Positions 58,181 to 64,000 of a DNA stretch of 64,000 nucleotides are shown one piece after another. Origin of the DNA: Holosporales bacterium (lineage in GTDB: Bacteria; Pseudomonadota; Alphaproteobacteria; Holosporales; Holosporaceae); contig CANHKV010000002.1 in NCBI GenBank assembly GCA_947461445.1, positions 28,442 to 92,441 of the forward strand. Direction: 5' to 3'. The notes beneath the pieces were generated by a model that had not been told where the DNA came from, searched no databases, and saw only the letters and a list, made by a program, of their open reading frames with translations. The translations under genes were made by a program, and so were the position numbers. Every line of letters begins with the position of its first letter. Within the stretch, counting starts at the first letter, position 1.

Positions 58181-59611
58181 ATGCCGAATTCTTTACCCCA
58201 TGTGTTGTGGACAGGATCTGATGTGGTAAAAACCATCAGAGGAGAAGGCCCTACTCATTGGAATGCCACGGGTATATCCATTGATACACGCACCTTACAG
58301 CCAGGCGATTTATTCATTGCGTTGCGTGGACCCAGAATGAACGGTCATGATTTTATACAAGATGCTTGGGCTTTGGGGGCCTGTGCAATGGTGGTGGATG
58401 ATATTGGGGCCTTATCCATGGATCCGGCGTACCCAACGGTGGCGGTACCCGATACATTTCAAGCGTTAACACAATTGGCGGTCGCAGCCAGATCTCGCTT
58501 TCAAGGTGATGTTTTGGCACTGACGGGCAGTGTGGGAAAAACCAGTGTAAAGGATGGATTGGCCCATGTTTTATCGGCTCAAGGGTTAACCAGCGCATCA
58601 CGCAGCAGTTTAAACAACCACCTTGGTGTGCCCTTGTCTCTGGCAAGATTGCCCAACCAGGCGCGTTTCGGTATTTTCGAAGTTGGCATGAATCACAGTG
58701 GGGAAATTGCCCAACTGGTTGCCAGCATACGCCCTCACATCGCACTGATTACGCAAGTATCCTATCAGCATGGTGAATTTTTTACAGATTTGCAGGATAT
58801 TGTTTTGGCTAAATCAGAGATTTTTTCCGCCCCTGCCCCACTGATGGGCATTATTCCCAGAGACAGCAACCATTATGATGCCTTGTTACACCATGGGCAG
58901 CACCCAGGACATGTGACACAATGGATTACCTTTGGTGAACATCCTGAATCCAACATTCAATTGCAAGCCATTGAATCTGGGCGAATGCCACAACGTCGCA
59001 TCCACATCACTATAAACGGAACCCCCTGGACCTATGAGTGGTCATTGCCTGGATATCATACGGTGTATAACAGTTTGGCCATTGTGGCCGGTGCCTTTGC
59101 TCTGGGGGCAGATATGGAACACGTCATGCCGGCAATGAAGGGCGTCACCGCCTCTGATGGCAGGGGAAACGTACGCATCATTAGGGGAATTTATGTCATT
59201 GATGATGCCTATAACGCGGCACCTGCATCCATGCATGCGGCGCTCAAAACCTTTGCGAAATCAAAAGAAGGCCCCACAGCCCATAACCCCGAGGGAAAAC
59301 GGTATATTCTGTTGGGTCAAATGCGTGAATTGGGCCATCACAGTTATGCCTGTCATCGCGATTTAATCCCATTCATTCAGGCCTGCGATACGGATGGTGT
59401 CTGGCTGTGTGGCGCGGATTTCATGCCCTTTTTAAGGGAAATCCCAAATCTTTTGGGCTATGGTGACCGAGCGTGCGACATCATTCCTGATGTGGTCAAA
59501 ACCCTTGCACCTGGGGATTCTATTTTGATCAAGGGGGCCAATAGCATGAAACTTTCTGCCCTTATTCCCGCCCTGGAACAGTCTGTGGAACACATGTGTT
59601 TAAAGCAATAG
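58181..59611 (+). CDS. murF: UDP-N-acetylmuramoyl-tripeptide--D-alanyl-D-alanine ligase
   Basis: Mur ligase layout with P-loop TGSVGKTS, DSRTLQPGDLFIAL N-domain and DDAYNA C-domain motif. Confidence 0.85.
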   Translation: MPNSLPHVLWTGSDVVKTIRGEGPTHWNATGISIDTRTLQPGDLFIALRGPRMNGHDFIQDAWALGACAMVVDDIGALSMDPAYPTVAVPDTFQALTQLAVAARSRFQGDVLALTGSVGKTSVKDGLAHVLSAQGLTSASRSSLNNHLGVPLSLARLPNQARFGIFEVGMNHSGEIAQLVASIRPHIALITQVSYQHGEFFTDLQDIVLAKSEIFSAPAPLMGIIPRDSNHYDALLHHGQHPGHVTQWITFGEHPESNIQLQAIESGRMPQRRIHITINGTPWTYEWSLPGYHTVYNSLAIVAGAFALGADMEHVMPAMKGVTASDGRGNVRIIRGIYVIDDAYNAAPASMHAALKTFAKSKEGPTAHNPEGKRYILLGQMRELGHHSYACHRDLIPFIQACDTDGVWLCGADFMPFLREIPNLLGYGDRACDIIPDVVKTLAPGDSILIKGANSMKLSALIPALEQSVEHMCLKQ

Positions 59612-59787
59612 CTGTAAAAAATCAAACAGAGCAAAGGAAAACCATTACTTCATAATAAAATGCAATAAAAAATAGCCCTCATTTTGAATGATTTTTTCAA
59701 TTTTCAACGTTTGTTTTCAAGTATTAAACAAAAAAACATAAAAATCTGCAAAAATTGGATCATTCATGTTTTGGTGGGATTAATGAT

Positions 59788-61236
59788 ATGACAGCATATA
59801 CAGGCAATATGCCTTGGGTTATTTTATGGCTGGGCATTCCCTGGATTGGCAGCCTGATGACGCTGTTGGGTAATCCCAATGGGGTGTATTCTCGGCGCGT
59901 TTTAGGCTGGTCTGTTGGGTGTTTTTTGGTCCTATCCGCGGGATTGTGGTGGGCAAACCCTGCCCTGTTCATGACCGATATGATCGTGGGGTTTCATAAA
60001 TACGATACCACACGGACGTCCCTATTTACGGGCATGATGTTTGGTGCCATTGTATTTTTGTTTACCTGGCCCGATGGAAAAACAGCCAAGGGATTGGCCA
60101 TATTAGGCAGTGGCTTGGCCCTGATGGTTGGGGTGCGTTTGGGTCTGCCCAAACTGATTTATACCGAATTACAGCATTTTTTAGACCCCCTGTATGTTAA
60201 TTTTTTAAACCCTATCTCGTTTGACTTTATCATGATTTTAATCGGGATCACTGGGGCCATTTTATGGGTTTTATCCATACCTTATTTGACAAAAAATGAT
60301 ACGTTGGCCTTTGATCAGGCCCCGTTATTTGGAAAGTTTATGTACTTTCTGCGTTGGTGTGTGGTGTTTTTGCCATTCATCATACTGAAAACATTTTTCA
60401 TAGAGCATTGTCCGACCTATAATGGCAACGTCATGACTGAAATGTCCAAAGTGATGGTTTTTTTCACCCTTTATGCCACGATTGCCCTGACTTTTATTGG
60501 TGTGCAATCGTGGCGTATTCCGGGATTTTGGAGAAGCGTTGGTATGGTGTGGCTGACCCCCATTATGTATTTTGTTAACGCGCGCTATACCTATCGGCCC
60601 CCATTAACACAGGACAAGACGGCCTTATGCGATAATGCCTCGCCCGAACAGATTGCCTTTTGGAATCCTTGGGCCATCATGAATCGCGGTATGATTCAAT
60701 TGTTTTTTCTTAATACCGTATCGTGGCTTCCACTTTTACAGATAACACTGTCTAGGAAACTTTTGCCAGACAGTCTGGTGGTGAGGGAACTTGACATGCT
60801 ATTTTATACAAAAATTGGGTTGTCTCTGATCCTGGCATTGCATGCATACGCCCTGTTTCAACCTCGATGTGTGCCCTATCGGTTTTTGCTGTGGTGTTCC
60901 ATGATTGGGCTGTTCCTCCTTTCTTTTGCCCTACATATGTTCTATAGTTTGCTGCTGAACACAAACCCCATGAGTGTATTATATGTTGTGTGTTTATTTT
61001 TGGTGTCTGCATTTTTGATGTTTCCCTTTATGATCACAGTGATTTTACAGCCCATGGTCAGAGCATACAGGTACAGAGCCCTTTTAAGTACAGACGAAAC
61101 CAACGTTTCGGCTACGCCCGCTTTATCACGGTTTTGGGTGTTATTCTTACTGGGTACGTCTTTGTCTGCAGGTCTGTATTCCCTATTTTTACTGGGTACG
61201 TCTTTGTCTGCAGGTCTGTATTCCCTATTTTTTTAA
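59788..61236 (+). CDS. Polytopic inner-membrane protein of unknown function (about 12 TM helices)
   Basis: Long hydrophobic ORF with no motif recognised. The last 28 residues are a perfect 14-aa duplication. The start is taken as ATG 59788 (the ORF track uses TTG 59755). Confidence 0.55.
   Translation: MTAYTGNMPWVILWLGIPWIGSLMTLLGNPNGVYSRRVLGWSVGCFLVLSAGLWWANPALFMTDMIVGFHKYDTTRTSLFTGMMFGAIVFLFTWPDGKTAKGLAILGSGLALMVGVRLGLPKLIYTELQHFLDPLYVNFLNPISFDFIMILIGITGAILWVLSIPYLTKNDTLAFDQAPLFGKFMYFLRWCVVFLPFIILKTFFIEHCPTYNGNVMTEMSKVMVFFTLYATIALTFIGVQSWRIPGFWRSVGMVWLTPIMYFVNARYTYRPPLTQDKTALCDNASPEQIAFWNPWAIMNRGMIQLFFLNTVSWLPLLQITLSRKLLPDSLVVRELDMLFYTKIGLSLILALHAYALFQPRCVPYRFLLWCSMIGLFLLSFALHMFYSLLLNTNPMSVLYVVCLFLVSAFLMFPFMITVILQPMVRAYRYRALLSTDETNVSATPALSRFWVLFLLGTSLSAGLYSLFLLGTSLSAGLYSLFF
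61147..61230 (+). repeat. Perfect 42-bp tandem duplication (2 copies), in frame
   Basis: 61147-61188 is identical to 61189-61230 and encodes LLGTSLSAGLYSLF twice just before the stop codon. Confidence 0.95.
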
Positions 61237-61251
61237 TCACTATTTTTTAAA

Positions 61252-61635
61252 ATGTCTATAAAATCCAATCCAGCCACATCGTATGCCAAGGGTGTGGCGG
61301 CAGAACATCTGGCCACAAGATATTTACAAAATTTGGGATATGTTTTATTGCATAAACGCTATAAAACACGGTATGGCGAATTGGATATGATCATGCATCG
61401 GGGGGGTGATTTGGTATTTATAGAGGTTAAAAATCGTGAACATTTGAGCGATGGTCTGTATGCCCTGACGTTAAAGCAACAGAAACGCCTGTGGCAAGCC
61501 GCAGAGTGTTTTTTACAACACAATATCCATGATGATCCATGGTCCACCATTCGCTTTGATATGGTGGTGGTTTCTTTATCTAGATCACCAGGAACAATAC
61601 TTGCCCACATGGAAAATATACTAGGCCAAGCCTAG
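61252..61635 (+). CDS. yraN: YraN-family (UPF0102) endonuclease-like protein
   Basis: 127 aa. GE..A..YL...GY.LL..RYKTRYGELDMIM....DLVFIEVK is the restriction-endonuclease-like core typical of YraN. Confidence 0.8.
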   Translation: MSIKSNPATSYAKGVAAEHLATRYLQNLGYVLLHKRYKTRYGELDMIMHRGGDLVFIEVKNREHLSDGLYALTLKQQKRLWQAAECFLQHNIHDDPWSTIRFDMVVVSLSRSPGTILAHMENILGQA

Positions 61636-61650
61636 GTCCCAAAAAATGGT

Positions 61651-61842
61651 TTATTTTCGACGTGAATACAGCAAGGGTACTTGATTGGGGCGCGAAACTT
61701 GATTGGGGCGTGCAGCATGTTTACCTAATTCTTGCTGGCATTTAATCAAGAGGATGCGCTCTTCTTTATCTTTGGAAAAATCTTGTAAGTGTTGATCGAT
61801 TATTTTTTGTAAAACCTGAATAACATTTGGTGAAAAATCCAT
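61651..61842 (-). CDS. Possible small protein (63 aa) with an RPNQVS duplication
   Basis: ORF in the yraN/pepP spacer with no SD. It contains an 18-bp-period repeat (61679-61692 and 61697-61710). Coding status is uncertain. Confidence 0.2.
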   Translation of the reverse strand: MDFSPNVIQVLQKIIDQHLQDFSKDKEERILLIKCQQELGKHAARPNQVSRPNQVPLLYSRRK

Positions 61843-62031
61843 TGGAAAGCATACTTTTCGAATGATTTAGAGTCAGAGTACATCCTGTATTGTAAAAAAA
61901 TCGTAAAAATGCATGGTGTCATTCGTGCCCACGCTCCCACTCTCTGGTGATGATCCGATTCAATGGCCCATGGGCGAACAGAGTGCATTCTGTGCCTTGA
62001 ATCTGTTATTCTAAACATAGCCATTTGCTGT

Positions 62032-63879
62032 ATGACCATGAATTCCAGTTTTTCCCATCCATATGAGCACGTGTTAAACAAGCTAGGCGGTGATGCCTAT
62101 TGCGTCCCACGTCGTACCGCCTTTTTCTTGAATCCATCCCCAAGAACAGACGACATCCTGTACCATTTAACAGGGTTTACGGGATCAAGCGCCTATGTGC
62201 TGATCAAACGTGATGGCTTGTTTTTATACGTAGACAGCCGCTATACCTTACAAGCCCAACAAGAATGCCCAGAGAGCACAGTGATAACGTGCAATAATCC
62301 TTTGCAACAATTACCCAATCAATGTCCCGCAGGAACACGTCTGATTGTATCGCCTTGGACGTACAGTCATTTTGAATTATCTCAGTATGCAGAGGTCGCA
62401 CGAATTCAAGGATGGACACTGGTTTATGATCAACATCAGAATTTAGATTCTGTGATCAAAACGGAATCAATCCCATCCAATTCACCCATTTATGCCATCC
62501 CAAACACCGTATCTTTTCAAGAAAAATGTCGATCTGTACTGACCAACCTGGATCAAAAATATTGGCTGATTTGTTCTGCAGCCGATATCGCCTGGTTAAC
62601 CAATTTACGCAGCAGCGATCATGATTATGTGCCTTTTTTTGATGGCTATTTACTGATCAGGCGTAATGATCAGGCATCCAGCACCCAACCAGGCTATTTT
62701 TCAGGGACACTATACACGTCTATGCCGCGATCTATAGAGGGGTTGGATCCAGATATCCACGTTCACGATTTTAAATCCTTAAACCTGTTAAGCCACCAGC
62801 CATCCACAGCACCAGAGGCTGAAAATCTTTTGGATCAAGAAATCACCTATGATCCGAAAAAAACACCCAAAGGATTGGTGCGCACCCATTGGGTTGCCGA
62901 TGCCTTGGCACAGTTGGAAAAGAGTCGCAGCATTAAAAATGCTTGGGAATTGAGTCATATCACCCAAGCCCACATCTTGGATGGTGTGGCGTTAACGCAA
63001 TTTTTGCATTGGTTATCACAAATCGATGATGCATGCCTTGACCATGGTTTCGAAACAGAGTGGTCCGCTTGTGAAAAGCTGAAAAGCTTTCGCCAGCACC
63101 ATGCCTCTTATAAGGGGCACAGTTTTCCCACCATTTCCGCCATGGGGCCCAACAGCGCCATGATGCATTACACGCCGTCATGTTTGCAATGGGATCCTCT
63201 GACCTCGGGCATTTATTTGGTTGATTCTGGCGGGCAATATTTTTACGGCACCACAGATGTGACGCGCACCGTGTGGTTGGGTTCTAAGAACCCATCCAAG
63301 AGCTGGCAGCAAAAATACACCGCCGTATTGCAAGGACACATTCATTTATCCAGCATGATTTTTCCCTATGGAACCACGGGGTGTCAGTTGGATGCCGTTG
63401 CACGCAGCTTTTTATGGCAAAAAGGGTGGGATTATGCCCATTCTACGGGACATGGTGTGTCTTGTTTTGGTCCTGTCCATGAAATGCCACCCACCATTTC
63501 AGCCAGAGAAACCGGCTCTGTCATCACTGAACATATGATTTTTTCAGTCGAACCGGGGTATTATCAGGCTGGTTTAGGTGGAATTCGTTTAGAAAATCTG
63601 GTGCGCGTTATGGAAAAAGATTCCAAAAAATCTCTGGTAAAAACCCCACATACTGGGCAAGAGGAGGGACAAGAGACTGTACAAGACAGAGATCGCCTTC
63701 TGAATTTAAAGCCATTAACCTTGGCCCCCTTTGACCGTCGTCTTATGGATGTTGACGCCTTGTCTTATGATCATAAACTGTGGCTAAACCAATATCATAA
63801 ACACGTCTATGATGCCTTGGGATCCCAGTTGCCCAAAGAAACCAGAGCATGGCTATACGAGCAAACCCGTCCCCTATAA
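62032..63879 (+). CDS. pepP: Xaa-Pro aminopeptidase (M24B, aminopeptidase P family)
   Basis: Creatinase-like N-terminal domains and a pita-bread C-domain with metal ligands (VDSGGQY..GTTDVTRT, HGVSCFGPVHE, SVEPGYY, RLEN). Confidence 0.85.
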   Translation: MTMNSSFSHPYEHVLNKLGGDAYCVPRRTAFFLNPSPRTDDILYHLTGFTGSSAYVLIKRDGLFLYVDSRYTLQAQQECPESTVITCNNPLQQLPNQCPAGTRLIVSPWTYSHFELSQYAEVARIQGWTLVYDQHQNLDSVIKTESIPSNSPIYAIPNTVSFQEKCRSVLTNLDQKYWLICSAADIAWLTNLRSSDHDYVPFFDGYLLIRRNDQASSTQPGYFSGTLYTSMPRSIEGLDPDIHVHDFKSLNLLSHQPSTAPEAENLLDQEITYDPKKTPKGLVRTHWVADALAQLEKSRSIKNAWELSHITQAHILDGVALTQFLHWLSQIDDACLDHGFETEWSACEKLKSFRQHHASYKGHSFPTISAMGPNSAMMHYTPSCLQWDPLTSGIYLVDSGGQYFYGTTDVTRTVWLGSKNPSKSWQQKYTAVLQGHIHLSSMIFPYGTTGCQLDAVARSFLWQKGWDYAHSTGHGVSCFGPVHEMPPTISARETGSVITEHMIFSVEPGYYQAGLGGIRLENLVRVMEKDSKKSLVKTPHTGQEEGQETVQDRDRLLNLKPLTLAPFDRRLMDVDALSYDHKLWLNQYHKHVYDALGSQLPKETRAWLYEQTRPL

Positions 63880-64000
63880 TGTGATTATGGCTGAATGATG
63901 AAAGATGTTTTGTAAGCGGGGGCAATTCCCCCATACGAAGGCTCTTTTATGGCTCTGCCCCACACGAAGGATACAGTATTTCCTGGATTTACGTGACCCG

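Noticed and set aside
1-64000. CRISPR arrays, IS elements, integrases, prophage genes and toxin-antitoxin pairs were looked for.
   Set aside because: All repeats found have only two copies and no spacer-repeat periodicity. No transposase, integrase or phage-like ORF was recognised among the listed translations.

Overview
This 64-kb chromosomal window looks alphaproteobacterial. It carries a clear CtrA orthologue, gatCAB, a TlyC/CorC-type CBS protein and a PntA alpha-2 subunit. The scattered gene order and decaying genes are reminiscent of host-associated Rickettsiales/Holosporales-like lineages. The species cannot be identified from sequence alone.

About 80% of the window is recognisable core genes: miaB, xseA, amn, aroK, dnaE, rpmG, murB, gatC/A/B, priA, rnhB, rplS, rne, dnaX, ybaB, ligA, hemW, rmuC, ctpA, ctrA, uvrB, hscA, an A-type Fe-S carrier, tatD, murF, yraN and pepP. 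Three RNA genes are invisible to the ORF track: tRNA-Phe(GAA), tRNA-Asp(GUC) and an SRP (4.5S) RNA just upstream of dnaX. No rRNA, CRISPR array, transposase or integrase was recognised.

Short patches that are clearly more AT-rich by eye (GC not computed) interrupt the core. They carry orphan secreted or membrane proteins.

Main findings:
1. A tandem pair of paralogous lipoprotein-like proteins (40828-44555) fuses an N-terminal TPR module to a C-terminal secretin core. No pilus or secretion ATPase genes are nearby.
2. An AT-rich island lies downstream of dnaE. In it, a 142-bp cassette (dnaE 3' end, intergenic region, SD and signal-peptide coding) is duplicated and heads two unrelated secreted proteins.
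3. A secreted-protein gene is split by a perfect 14-bp tandem duplication.
4. An idi pseudogene has a TGA at or next to the catalytic-Cys position.
5. A three-gene cluster encodes a poly-His protein and two paralogous tail-anchored membrane proteins.
6. Perfect short tandem duplications (14, 15, 42 bp) and a near-perfect 35-bp one recur across the window.
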